From Tricharina praecox (Eukaryota): a DNA stretch of 64,000 bases. Below, in pieces: positions 13,378 to 25,574 of the stretch (position 1 is its first letter; each line of letters begins with the position of its first letter). The notes under the pieces were generated by a model. The model was not told the origin of the DNA. It searched no databases and worked only from the letters and a program-made list of their open reading frames with translations. The stretch spans positions 558,001 to 622,000 of the forward strand of contig NW_026250414.1 of the NCBI RefSeq assembly GCF_024521635.1, in the 5' to 3' direction. The position numbers and the translations under genes are program-made.

Positions 13378-14575
13378 ATGTCGACTTCCCGCTCTAACCG
13401 TGGTCTCCGATTACTCTCCTTAGGTACATACCTTCGTACAGGACCGGATGGTGGTACACCCCTTTGCTAATGTGGCCCAATAGATGGCGGTGGCATTCGC
13501 GGCCTCTCCGAGTTGGCAATGCTTCACGAGATCATGGCGCGTATCCAGCATCGTGAAAATCTTGCTAGACTACCGAAGCCCTGCGAGTATTTCGATCTGA
13601 TCGGGGGGACTTCCACTGGCGGGTATGTACACACCTACATACAGATTCAGTCAGTCGTGATGTTGACATTTGTTAGACTCGCAGCATTGCTTCTGGGCCG
13701 GCTGCAACTCTCCACCGAGCAAGCAATCACAGAGTATGGGAATCTAGCCTCCCTGGTATTCAAAGAAAAGAAGAGCGGTTGGCTAGGCAATGATGGACAG
13801 TACAAAGCCACAAAGCTCGAGACTGTCGTCAAGGAGCTGGTGCAAAAATACAGCGCTACCAATAACCCCGATGAGTCGATGTTGGACGCGCGGGCGGAGG
13901 AGCCTGGGGCTTGCAAAACGTCCGTTGATATCCGCCCTCCCCCTTTGGTGGAAGAAGCTTTTTTTGACACTGTGTAAATGTAGCTTTGTCTGCGCGGCAC
14001 CAGCCGATAATCTCGCGTGTCCAACCCTGTTCCGCACCTACCGCATTCCAGATGCCTCATTCGACTGCAAGATCTGGGAAGCAGCACGGGCAACCTGCGC
14101 AGCACCGACACTCTTCAAGCGAATCCGCATCGGCGCGGAGGGGACGGAGCAGGAATACATTGACGCCGGACTGGGGTGCTATAATCCTGTTTTCGAAGTG
14201 GTAGCGGAGGCCGATGTTGCATTTGGGAAAGACCAGAAGGTGGATTGCCTCATCAGTCTTGGGTCTGGTCAGAAGGGCGTCATTGCGCTTAAGAAGCCCA
14301 ATTGGTTCCAGAAGATGTTTCCTACGGACGCAATACCGGTTTTGGAGAGACTGTCGATGGACTCCGAGATCGCGGCGGAGCAGATGCAGGCTTGGTATCA
14401 CAGGCACTGGCCAGGTGTGTACTACCGGCTGAATGTCGAGCAAGGCATGCAAGATATTGGAGTTGGAGAGTGGAAAAGACTGGGGGAAGTCTTGACACAT
14501 ACAACGAAGTACATACAGGGAGGAAGGATTAGTGTGGAGGTGGATACGATTGTCGATAAGATTATTGGGAGTTAG
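13378..14575 (+). CDS. Patatin-like phospholipase (single domain), 4 exons (13378-13423, 13484-13622, 13677-13919, 13984-14575)
   Basis: GLRLLSLDGGGIRG oxyanion motif, PKPCEYFDLIGGTSTGG catalytic Ser, IWEAARATCAAPTLF, YIDAGLGCYNP catalytic Asp, SLGSG, YYRLNV. Confidence 0.9.
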
Positions 14576-15130
14576 AGTTAGAGTGAGAATGTTTTCAATT
14601 ATAAATTTGGTCTGTTATTGGGCTATCTGTCTCACTATCCTCTGGGCGAGAACCTTGAGTGCGACTTTGCCAGTCAAACACAGGCTCCAGCACGGTACCT
14701 ACTCAATGGTTGCGGAGCCAATCACGCCATGTAACTGGTTGTAAATACATCCAAAGAATGTCTCGCTTGAAAAGCCATGAGGTGTGTAATCCGTGTATTC
14801 AAATCGCGCAATTAATCCATTAATTCTATGTATGGACGAACCACGCACGCCCTCCGCATCCCAACTGCGACCCACCAACAAAAGCACCCAGAAAAGAAAA
14901 AGAAACAAGCCAAACGAAGCCAAGAGAGCCATACGAAAGAGAAATGAAGCATATTACGCCACGCCTTGTTATACAGAAACCCAGTTCCTTCCAGTCTAGA
15001 TTGGCGGAAGCTGCCCACGGGACCTATATGTCGCACTTAACTTATCAAGATTTTTGGCAACCCGGCACCAAAACTGTAAGCCCACAGGCTCCTCTTCCTG
15101 CAAGTCCAGAGGCTCCTGTTCCTGTTCGTC

Positions 15131-16464
15131 CTATCGAACTTGTTGCATGATGTGAAGTCCCTTCGCCCATTCTTCCAAGCCCTTACCCTTCCACATCGAA
15201 GAGCAGTTCCAACAGAGGGTCTGTATCGTCAGTTTGGTACTTGTATGCTAGGAGTGAAAGAAGTAGGAAGACCAACCTTGGGACCTTCAGGGCCCTCTCC
15301 GGCAGCCCATGTGACAGTTCCTGGTATATGGCACCAGCCGCACTTCCAACCGACGCGATCCCAATCGCCGTCGACTGGCGTGGGACTTGCGCTGCGCTGC
15401 CTCTTTCTGACACGACCCCTACCGCCCCTTCCAAGATCCGAATCCAGTTCCGTCGGACCGCCGGGCGTGGCAGTGCCAAATCTAGCCGTCTCGCGCCGTA
15501 GCCTACGAACCTCCCTCTCGCGGTCGATCTCCCGTTTCTCGATCTCGTCGCGTGAGAGTTGTTCTACCCTCGGTTCCCAGTCCACTCCAAGACCCTCCTG
15601 ATCCAGCCGCCAGCCAGCGTCGGTGCCGTCCTGTCGCGCCGCAGCATTATCCAGCTCTGGCAGGCCGGAATCGTAAAGATCCTTCTTCTTCTGTAGCGAG
15701 AACTCGTAGATCCCCGCGGCGATGGAGGGTGCAAACTCGCTTCTCAATCCCAACTCCGCACAGATAACCCTCGCAAAATGTTCCGGCGTCAGCTGTGTAT
15801 TCGCAAGATCCCACTCGAAGCGATCGGTGTAAACGACGTCGTCGAGATTGACAGTGAGTGGACAGACGGTTCGCATTTCTCCCGACGATTCCGGAATCGA
15901 GATCTGAGCGACGGGCGCGTACTCCGCGAGCTGGTCCCTGATCGCCGCAGCGATGGTCGCGACCACATGCGGGGCTAGATCGAGGTCCATTCCCATTGTC
16001 TGCGCGAACGCGTCGGGGGTGATCAGCGACTCGTGGAGATTCCACAGGAACGTGTCGTGTAGCCGGCCATTGGGTAGATCCAGGTCGAGACGGATGGGGA
16101 TCAACACGGTGGGTTGGTCCGCGGCTCCTTTGATCTGCGCGTCGTTACGGTACTGACCACCAAGCGATCTATGCACGAGTTTGCCATGAACCATAATAGG
16201 CTCCGAGTAGCGTGGACGCGGCGCCTGTGGGTCTCCCTGTGCGCCTGGTTGCTGCCCGGGAATAAGCGGTACGTCGGAGTCATCGTCGACATCAAGCTCG
16301 GCATAGTTGACGGCGGTGGTGCCACGTTTGGTGCGGCGCTCAGAGGCGGCGATGGCAGCGGCGGCGACGACATTGGCGCCGGCGGGGGGGCCAATCAGTG
16401 CGCTAGTGTAGAATTGGCCGAGGCGGGCCCCGTAGGTGGTGGTGAGCGCCTGAGGGGGCTTCAT
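15131..16464 (-). CDS. SFH1: RSC chromatin-remodelling subunit Sfh1 (SNF5 family) with C-terminal GATA-like CxxC..CxxC
   Basis: RRTKRGTTAVNYAE, LIPIRLDLD..DTFLWNLHESLITPDAFA, YTDRFEWDL, REIDREREVRRLRRET; an intron at ~15280-15221 joins WKCGWC to TLCWNC; stop at 15133-15131. Confidence 0.9.
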
Positions 16465-17285
16465 CGGACGCGCTGGTGGTGGTGTATAACCTTGGATGCG
16501 ATATCGTGCTTGCTGTTGAGGTGTGGGTGCGGGAGGGATGAGACGTGTATAGACGGCGTGTATGAGGGAGAGGCTGTGGGGAGTTACTGGTAGGAGTTCC
16601 AGGATGTTGGCTGGTGGGTTGGAATCAAGGGAACGGGGTGGGGCGTGTTGGAGGCTGCTGGCGTGCTAGTGTGTGCGCGATCAGACAAGCGCTAGGTTGC
16701 GAGCGGCGACGGTGAATGAACTGCGCCGCTTCGTTGATTAGAGGGAAACAAACGCAGGGGCGAAGCGCGTTCGCTTGTCGGTGTGCCAAGCCAGGCCCTC
16801 ACAGGTTCCTCTGATACACGTGACCACGCGCAAGTCAAGGATCTTGTTCACCATGGTAAGTCCATGGGTAACTTGCTACCTACTCCCAAGCATCGCTCCA
16901 AAAACTCCAACCTCTAATTAGCTAAGATGGCGAAAAGCTTTCGAATGTAACAGTAGTAATGAAGGCAGGATAAATAGAAATGATGAACCTACCTACTGGT
17001 ATTTCGAGGATCGCTGCTATGAGAAGAGTGACAAACCGCGGTTCCTTGGGACTCTTGGGCATTTTCTTCAGACACAACATTACTACATCCTATGTTACTA
17101 CTATTGTGTATTCTAGCTCCCTTCCACTTAAACACCAAGCCTTCCAACCATAAATACCTTGAGCCTGAACGTTTCTGTGCTGCAAATAGGTACATACACA
17201 TGAGCAAGATGAAGCCACTAACACCAGTATGAGGTATGCACACCAAAGGAACTTAACTCCGCACACTTCTAAAGAAAATCCACTG

Positions 17286-20200
17286 CTACATGCACCCGCC
17301 CCGAGAGGAATTACCCGAAGACGAGCCTTCGTTGTCCTCTGGAAGAACAGAGTTCCCGTTGCCGAAACTGTTCGCCTCAAAAAGTGACAAAATATCGGGG
17401 TGAGCGAGGGCATAAAAAGCTGGAACCCGGGAATATTTATCTTTCGCCTTCTTATTGACGCCCTTTTCGAAAAGCAGCTGCACGATTGCCCGATGACCCT
17501 CCTGGGTCGCTAGGTGCAAGGGCGTTTCTCCGGAAACCATAAGCGACTCCAAATCCGCATTGTATTCGAGCAGAAGCCGGACAATCTTGATGTTGCCTTG
17601 GGCGCATGCAATGTGCAATGGTGTTTCACCACGACCGCCGTGGAGTTGTTGGGCGCCGAATTTGAGGAGCATCTCGCAAATATCGCTGGCTACATCCCCA
17701 GTCTGCTCGCACGCCACATGCAGTGCCGTAAACTTCCTCGGAAGATCGGCAATGTCTATATCGATAAGGTTGCTCTTGAGAAGATAGCGGACGGTTTCCT
17801 CGTGGCTCATCCCGCAAGCCACGTGGAGGCCTGTCTGTCCATATGTGTCGGATGCGTTGGTGTTGACGCCGTATTGCCGTAGTATTTCAAGAATTGAGGG
17901 TCGGTTCATGCTACAAGCAATCAGGAATGGTGTCGCACTGGGATCGCCAGAACTCAATGCTTCCGTGTCCACACCATGTTTCAGCAAGAGACTTAGTGCG
18001 GCTTCGTTTCCTTCGGCAATAGTGTAATGAATCAGTCGGTAGCTTCGCATCGTCACCTCCGGATCACCGCCGTTGTCAAGTAGTACTTGTAAGGTCGACA
18101 ATCTGTTGTGAAGTACGGCAGTATGGAGTGCTGTGCTACCCGATTTGTCGCTGGAATTCGGATCTATTCCGTTTTTAAGGAGGAACGGAATTGCGTTGTC
18201 ATGTCCCATCTTTACCACAAACCTCAACGCCTCGAGCCCATCGGCACCAAAGAGCAACAACAATGCGACCGCGGCCTCGAACCCATGGAGTGCTGCAAAG
18301 CTCAAAGGTGTCATAATGTGTGAATCGGTGATTTCGACGTCGTCGGATAGAGAGTTGCACAAGTGGCTTAAGACGCCTAATGCATTACCACGTCGGATTT
18401 CGTAGTGAAGAGGAAGGTTATCCGGCTCGGTGGTCGAGGGGATAGTAGTGGTAGTGGTGGGAATTTGACGAAACTTGCTCGTCATCGTCTGTTCGGCAAT
18501 CTCATTCCTTTGCTCCAGCAGATCATCAAGCGCAGATCCCATAGCGGACTGTTGAGGGGTAAGGGTCTTGAATCTGTCGAAGGCTGTTATAGCTGTGGAA
18601 TACACGTTCCCGGCATGGCTGAAGTTCCCCATTCCAACCGATTCCTTGACCCTCAAACCACACATGTAGACAAGCCAGCTGCAAATCTTTGCCTGCTCGT
18701 CCAACTCGCATACCGTGGCCGCGGTTACGATCTCGCCGAGATTATCCTCTTCCAAAACTTTGAACCATGGTAGAACGTTTGCAGACAACAAGCCAGAGAT
18801 GAAAATCCTGCCCACATCGTACTGACTCATCGAGGCGATTGGTTCAATGTTTAGGACCTCCATGAGTTCCTTAACATCCTCGTGGATGACGAACACTGAG
18901 CGCGTCGGAGACGATCTAACCTCAACTGTGCCGTCGAGGGGAGCAATTTGTCTTGCCATGCTGTGAAAGACCTCCGAAAAAATGAACTGCGCACACATAC
19001 CATCCAGGGTGGTTGTTGTGAAAACGCCGCGCCTAGGAAACCGACCCTTGCGATCGTGTGCAAAGTGATCCAGAACCCTTCCCTCTTCAACGCCAGGCAT
19101 TGAGTCGGCTGTTGGAGATCTGCTGACTAAAACATCGTCGGACTGTTTCAATATCCACCAATTCGAAATTATTTCGGCAAGTGTATGATCATCGGCGGGT
19201 CCAAGAAGCCACAGATTATTGCCCAAGTTTGGTAGTTTGTCTTCGCTGAGCTGACAAACCCACAAAAACAGCATAGCCCGCAAGCGCTCTCCGTCGACCT
19301 TCCATGGGCTCCACTGTCCTTCTTCCAGATGCCGTTCCATGGTGAGCGTCACAACCCCACTCTCCTGCGTAAAACCCGTGGAATCCGTGATTACTCGGAA
19401 ATCGAAGCTCAACCGAGGCATATCCTTCACTTCTTGCCGCACCAGCATCTTCCCCTTTGAGGACCATAGATACCCCGCTACCGTTTCCATTGTCTGCTCG
19501 AGAGCAATTGCGGTACGATAGATATCCGTCTGCCACTGCGAGCCAGATAGCTGGGACAGTCGGGTTCTGACGTCCAATGCCTTGGCGGCGAAAGGCTGAC
19601 GGGACTCGTGATCGATCCGAGGCGGTTGTAAAGTATCGACCCTCCACGTTGAGGCTTTTGCGATGTCCTTCGCTAGGCATTCCAACTCGTAGCCTTCTCG
19701 CAACTCTTTAACCGAAGACGATTCCGTGGAGATTTCTTGTGTCGGTTGAACCAATTGAGGGCCCTGCATAAGGTCTCTGCGAATAAACACACGAAGCATA
19801 GCCATGATAACTATTGCACCCAACTGAGCGATGGTGACCGAGAAGTGAGACGCACGCAGCCTTCAATGGACCATCAGAAAAGCAGCTTAGTAAAATCGCA
19901 GGGAATTGATTGCTCACCCAACAAACTGCAGGATGAAGCCTAACTCGAGTGGTTAGTATTCCACAATGCGAGTACCAACGAAGCTTGGATATATTGGCTG
20001 ACCAGGAAGGGTGACGACCACTCCAACTAGGGTCCAGAACTCGAGCCTCGATCGTTCTACCGTGGGATAAGATGAGTATATTATGTTTCTTCCGCGAGGC
20101 GCGTATATTGCGTAGGAATGAAACTGCTGATCGCTGACGATTTGGCCTCCCCTTTGGATCCACACAATCTGCAGCGGCCCATTCGCTGTTTGCAAGGCCC

Positions 20201-21494
20201 TGGTTGTCTCCACCGTGCTGCCGTCAACGACCGAGGCACAGATGTACATGCCCAAGCAGAGCAGCAACGTCCCAAGTGCGGTAACGGGGAATGAATAGCC
20301 GATGACTTTCCCGTCGCCTTTCCCTTTGCGCATGACATACGTCAAAGCCGCGTGTATGGCCACCACTCCGATTTGCAAGATCAGTCCTACCGTCGCACAC
20401 ATCCATAATTCCCCAGGAGATCTCCAGAGGTAGCCACGAGTGTTCAAAGAGATGTTTGGTGCTCGGAGCCCGCCCGTACCCACCAGGGCTTCCGATTCAC
20501 CGGTATCGCCGCCTGCGTGTGTTCCCGCTCTGAACACTTGCCCGTTAGCAGGACCTTCCTTGCATCAGGCACGAAGGTGAGACTCACTGATCCAAGAAAT
20601 CCTTGCTTGAGTAGACATTTCCATCCTAGTTCTGTCAGTATCGTGAAGCTGAACGATGAATTTGATGTTTATTCCTGCCTCGTCATATGCGATCTCAAGT
20701 ACATCTGGCGAGCCTGCCACGCGGACCAACGATATTCCATTCCAAAGTTCACACCTGCATGGTCAGCACGGAACGATAAAGTTCGACGGTGCAATTCACT
20801 CACACATCATGAGAGGTGGAGCTGCACGAATTCCAATTATCAGCTCAGTTCGACTTTAGCAAAGGATTGAGGAGCGATCAACCTCATCAGCTCGATTTCT
20901 GCTTCTGCGCGGGGCTCCCTTGCCCTTCCGATGATTGCCTTCAATGTACCACTCCCACCGACTCTGACTATAACCACACATGACTCAGCCCGCAACTTGA
21001 CACGACCATTCCCCAGGAAGGACTATTCACTCGCTGCCGTGAGTGCAGTAACTATCCCTAGCGGCGCGCAGGCGAATATGACATTATCGAGCCAGTGCAT
21101 GCTCTGAATCCACGCAGCAATTATTAGATCGGGGTCGCTAGACATAGGCTGGTCATGATTTTCCGGGCCGAACCTGGCTCACTTTAGCGTAAGGTCAGCC
21201 GGAGAACCAGTAACTATCATCATCACGGGGGTTCCAACAATATTGTTTGGCGACATGCTCTCCGAATAAGGCCAGTAGGGGCGCTGGGAACGGTGAGCAT
21301 CAGGGAGGCAACTCTAAGGAAGGCTGTAGATGTGTACCGAGATCCGTGACAAGATCTAACGTGGAGTGAGTAAAGTGCCATAAAGATTACCAGATGGGCC
21401 CCGCACTGTTGGAGAATTCGTCCCCGTCGTCAGCCGCACTGTCACCGGCGCGTACGGATTCAACGAGATAGATGATGATGAGTGTAAACCACAT
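17286..21494 (-). CDS. Large signal-peptide / multi-transmembrane protein with C-terminal ankyrin repeats, many small 5' exons
   Basis: Spliced N-terminus MWFTLIIIYLVESVRAG..DEFSNNLVTDLAPLLALFGEHVAKQY..WLDNVIFACAPLGIVTA..KAIIGRARE..AEIELMSSTS..CELWNG, hydrophobic segments in ORF 19953..20537, and about ten ankyrin units (TPLS/TALH/TPLH) in ORF 17286..19823; some internal junctions are uncertain. Confidence 0.8.
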
Positions 21495-23018
21495 GGCGGA
21501 CTCGCAGATGGTTTAAGTCGGTCGGTGGTGTTTATGGGACTGTATGCAGTTGTTGTGATTCTCACGCGTCCAGCGGTCTAGCAGCCAAGTGGTTAGTTAC
21601 ACGGCGGCTCAAGGGACGCTACGTCTGATTGGATACGAGCTGTAGGTATCTACAGTTGCCTGCATTTCCGCTTCGCCGAATCGCCCATGATCTAATGGAA
21701 CTCGGCTATTCGATTTGAGATGATGATTAGATGGATACCTAATTCAACCGCAGGCATGTAGCTGCTCAGAGTCCTGAATTCCCCGTCTTCGTAGTGGAAT
21801 CCGGATGGTACAAAGGGGTTGCGGGCCTCTCAAGGCCGACATGTCGCCCATAACGAAGCCACCCCGCAGCCCGGCTACCGAGGGCACCGTGGACACCTGA
21901 GAGCCAAAGGGCATAACGCTTCATGACTGTCGTCTAAAGCTTATGTGCTCCCGGCTCACAGCTCAGCGTAATGAGAACTCTAATAGGTAGTGATGATTCG
22001 AAAACTTTGAGACTAGGTGATACGGAACTGCATGGGAATGTGCCCATACAGCAGCACTTGTGCATCTGGACCGGCGTCCCTTCCAACACTGCGAAATGAG
22101 GTCAACCGTTCCCCATACTCGTCGTAGAAGTAGAGGAGGCTCGCCTAGAAGTAGGAGAACGGTGGATTAGATCATGACAGGCCTGTTCTTCAAAGTTTGG
22201 GCGGACTGTGACATGGGACGAAATCACTCACTCGCAAAAGAACTTTGAGATGCGTGACGGTGTTGTGACCTCGGAAGGGCTCTCTGCGATCAAAGAAAAT
22301 AAGCTCAAGGACTAGACTGTAGCAAATGGAAGGATAACATCTGATGTTGATGCAGGGCGTTTGCGGACAGGGTCCACTTCGGTGAAAAATGCGAGACTTT
22401 GGCACGGCAGTGCAGGTATGTGGAGATGGAAGAACTAGAACTAAGCAAGTGTAACACAGAAGCGGGAATGACATCAGATCTCCCATCAAGATTTACCGAG
22501 AGCTTGAGTAACTTTGGCACCTGTACGGCCCCCACCCGTGGTCATGACGTTGGGCCCACCCTTTGAGTCACTCGGAGCCGACAGACTTCGCGAGTGATTT
22601 CGGATGAACCCATCGAGACCTTGAGCTTTGCCGTCCCGTCCGATGTTGGCACGGACAAACAAGGTAAAAATAGGAACAGCAGATGATGAGTTTGATGACG
22701 TCGCAGCGATGGCAGCTTCAAAGTCTAGACTTCGAGTCCCGATGGTGAGTATATAGGTAGCAGGCTTGTGGCCCCACGTCCTCTTGATTTTGCCGTTCCC
22801 CTCGATTCCCACTGCTTTGCTATCTTCTGCTTGCTCTTTGCTGCGTGCCCGCTCACCAACTCGCTCTGCTTCACCCACCGACTCGCTCTGCGACGCCCAC
22901 TGACGCACTTTGCGAGCTCTCACCGACTTCAGCCCATCTCAGCCCGGCTATCACACATCGACTCACTCAACCAATCACTCAGCCAATCGAACACCACGAA
23001 CAATTAAAAAGAATAAAT

Positions 23019-24932
23019 ATGGTTCTAAGCGAGCAGATCCTCTCACCGAAACTCATGAAAATGAGTTTTGTGTTTTGCAAGCAGAGTACAAGCATTAGTT
23101 TTTCCGATTTCAAAACAAACACTCGCGATGGTGGTGGTGATAGAACAGCTACGGAGACCACGATGACAACCCTATTTTCGGCATCGGCTTCACCAGCGAT
23201 GACGGCGAAACCTGATATCTCGAATGGCAAGCCGGCCGCACCGGCTCGGCTACGTCACAGCCAGCTGTGCCCGAGATCGGATTCAGCATCACCGACAACG
23301 TCATCGGCTTCGTATTCGGCTTCACCGACATCCACCAAAACAACACAAGACCCTTTAGAAAGGTCAAACAGAGAAAGGAAGATCCACACTAGGCACCACC
23401 ACAATACAAAGTGCCACCGTCCTCGCCGATCGCCTCCCTTCTCTGTCTCAACATCCACCGTCTCTCAACCCCATCCTCCGCCTCCTTCTTCCTCTTTCCC
23501 CTTCTCTTCGTCCCTTCATTCCCTCACTCCTTCGCCTTCTCCGCCAAAGGCATTTCCAGCCTCTACTTCTTCATCTAATTCGCTTCCTCCTTCTACACCT
23601 TTACATTCGCTTCCATTTTCATCTTTACCTGACTCTCCGCCTCCCTCCCGCTACCCCCTCGACCCACCCTTTCACACCCAAAAGGTTGATTTCGACCCGA
23701 CAACGACTCTCAAGCTCTTCTACGCAGCCGACTACTCCGTCGTATTACTCCAAGTAATATCCGGTGACCCTGTCAATCACTCGACAACAACCTTTCCCGT
23801 CAGCAAGGATACACCGGTCGTATCATACATGCCAACGAGATTCAACTTCAACTTCATGATGCCGGCCTATATATCGCTGAAGCACAATTGTCGTCGGTTT
23901 CAGTCAACGTGGGTACCCGATCCTAGGGTCCCTATATCCGAGAGGTTCAAGGTCATTCCGCACCCGCCGGACGAGTGGGATCATCTCGATTTGGACACCT
24001 ACGAGGGCATCCGCCGCAAGCGGAGCACGAAGAAGACGCATAGGAACAATTCGTCGTGGAGCCCCAAGGGCCAGGAAGAGACGCCTGAGAATGCAGACTT
24101 GAAGAACCAGAAGAGGAGCTCGATGGATGTACCGGCTGAATCGCCGTCAGAGTCGCTGTTAGAGTCCTGCGGTAGCGCCCTCACTGAATTTCATCTGTCG
24201 ACTCCCGACATGCCGTTGTCTACTTCGGCTTCTACGGAGATCGCCACCATCGTGAATAAGACCACGAGTGGCCCGTCCGATAAGGAGAGCGTGGGAAATG
24301 TTTTGGTTGAGAAGGCGAAGCCGCGTGGCGAGCCTTCCACGGAGGGAATCCCAACCAACCGCTGTGGCTCTTCGCAGCAGTCCGCCGCTACTACTTTGCA
24401 GGGTGACGACATGCAGGACTTGAAGAGCAAGGAGAAGAAACCTGTCAAGGCTCTCGCGCAGAGGAGCACCCCCATGGCCAGGCCTATGCGTGGCCCCATC
24501 ATGTTGGTACCGAGGCCTGCCGATTGGAAACCGAAAGCCAAGCCCGTGAAGGAGAAAAGGCCTCTGGTCGTCACGCCCGTCGACTGTTCTGGTTGCGGCA
24601 TGTCGCTATTGGGAACCAGTGCCTACGCCTGCATCTTCCCCACGTGTCATGTGCTTTTCTGTAGGCGTTGCGCTTGTCAGATGAACCAGCATTGGGATGA
24701 TGGCGGTGTCTGCGGAAATCTGGCCGAACTCAAGAAGAAGTTGATTCTCGAGAAGGGTGGACCCGAGGCGGACGCACTCCGTGCAGCTTCTGTCAAGGAA
24801 GCCGAGGCAGCGGCTATCGCGGCTCGTCCCAAGAAGGGTGTTGCTACCGGTGCAGCTATTGCCAAGATGTTGATGGCTCGTCAGCGTGAGCAGCAGGCGT
24901 TTGCCGAACGTTGGGGCCGCAGCCTCGACTAG
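23019..24932 (+). CDS. Hypothetical Ser/Pro-rich protein with C-terminal Cys cluster (ZZ-like zinc-finger spacing); start uncertain
   Basis: 695-codon open frame; 3' half looks coding; CSGC-x11-C-x4-C-x4-CRRC. Confidence 0.55.
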   Translation: MVLSEQILSPKLMKMSFVFCKQSTSISFSDFKTNTRDGGGDRTATETTMTTLFSASASPAMTAKPDISNGKPAAPARLRHSQLCPRSDSASPTTSSASYSASPTSTKTTQDPLERSNRERKIHTRHHHNTKCHRPRRSPPFSVSTSTVSQPHPPPPSSSFPFSSSLHSLTPSPSPPKAFPASTSSSNSLPPSTPLHSLPFSSLPDSPPPSRYPLDPPFHTQKVDFDPTTTLKLFYAADYSVVLLQVISGDPVNHSTTTFPVSKDTPVVSYMPTRFNFNFMMPAYISLKHNCRRFQSTWVPDPRVPISERFKVIPHPPDEWDHLDLDTYEGIRRKRSTKKTHRNNSSWSPKGQEETPENADLKNQKRSSMDVPAESPSESLLESCGSALTEFHLSTPDMPLSTSASTEIATIVNKTTSGPSDKESVGNVLVEKAKPRGEPSTEGIPTNRCGSSQQSAATTLQGDDMQDLKSKEKKPVKALAQRSTPMARPMRGPIMLVPRPADWKPKAKPVKEKRPLVVTPVDCSGCGMSLLGTSAYACIFPTCHVLFCRRCACQMNQHWDDGGVCGNLAELKKKLILEKGGPEADALRAASVKEAEAAAIAARPKKGVATGAAIAKMLMARQREQQAFAERWGRSLD

Positions 24933-25574
24933 ACCTGGTCCTACAGCCCGGTCGGTCACTCGCAGACATCGATCAGCACCCATTCTCGTTTGTTTCGAAT
25001 TACGGCAGATACTTCTTCTTTCTTTCTCCCTGTTTGGGCTGTCCTTTGTTTTTTCTCCTTCCCTTCTTTTCTACCTACTCATTCACTTCAGCAATTCCAC
25101 GGCTTCTTCTGCTTTCAACGATCATTGGCGTTCGACATCCCTTCTGCAGCGAGCAGTCCACTCCTTCTACGGTACGATACGGTCCGAATAATTTTTACAC
25201 GATAATGTCTCACGTCACTCCTTACGATTTCCTGCATCTCCGGTGGCCGGTGGCCGGCGAATACCAGCACCAGCACCAGCACCACCAGTACACTCCCTTG
25301 ATTTTGGATCATTCTGTTTTGTTTTGTTTCTGTTTCGGTCACTCCTTTGTTTTGTTTTGTTTTTTGCATGTTTGCATGTTTGTCTACGTCTGACTGTCGA
25401 TGTCGATTGTTTGCTTGCTTGTTTGCTTGCTTGCTTGAGCCGCCGTGGAAGAGGGGAAAATTGGAGGAACAAGGGGTGGTTAATGATGCGGAGGGGAATT
25501 GGGGCCGGCCTTGGGGATGAAGGAGGAGAGGGGTTCTTGTCTTTTTACTACTACTACGATTACTGCGCAATTGT

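Noticed and set aside
21700..22700. Protein-like broken frames, including a CxxC..CxY fragment near 22380-22420
   Set aside because: Multiple stops and too little signal to call a pseudogene
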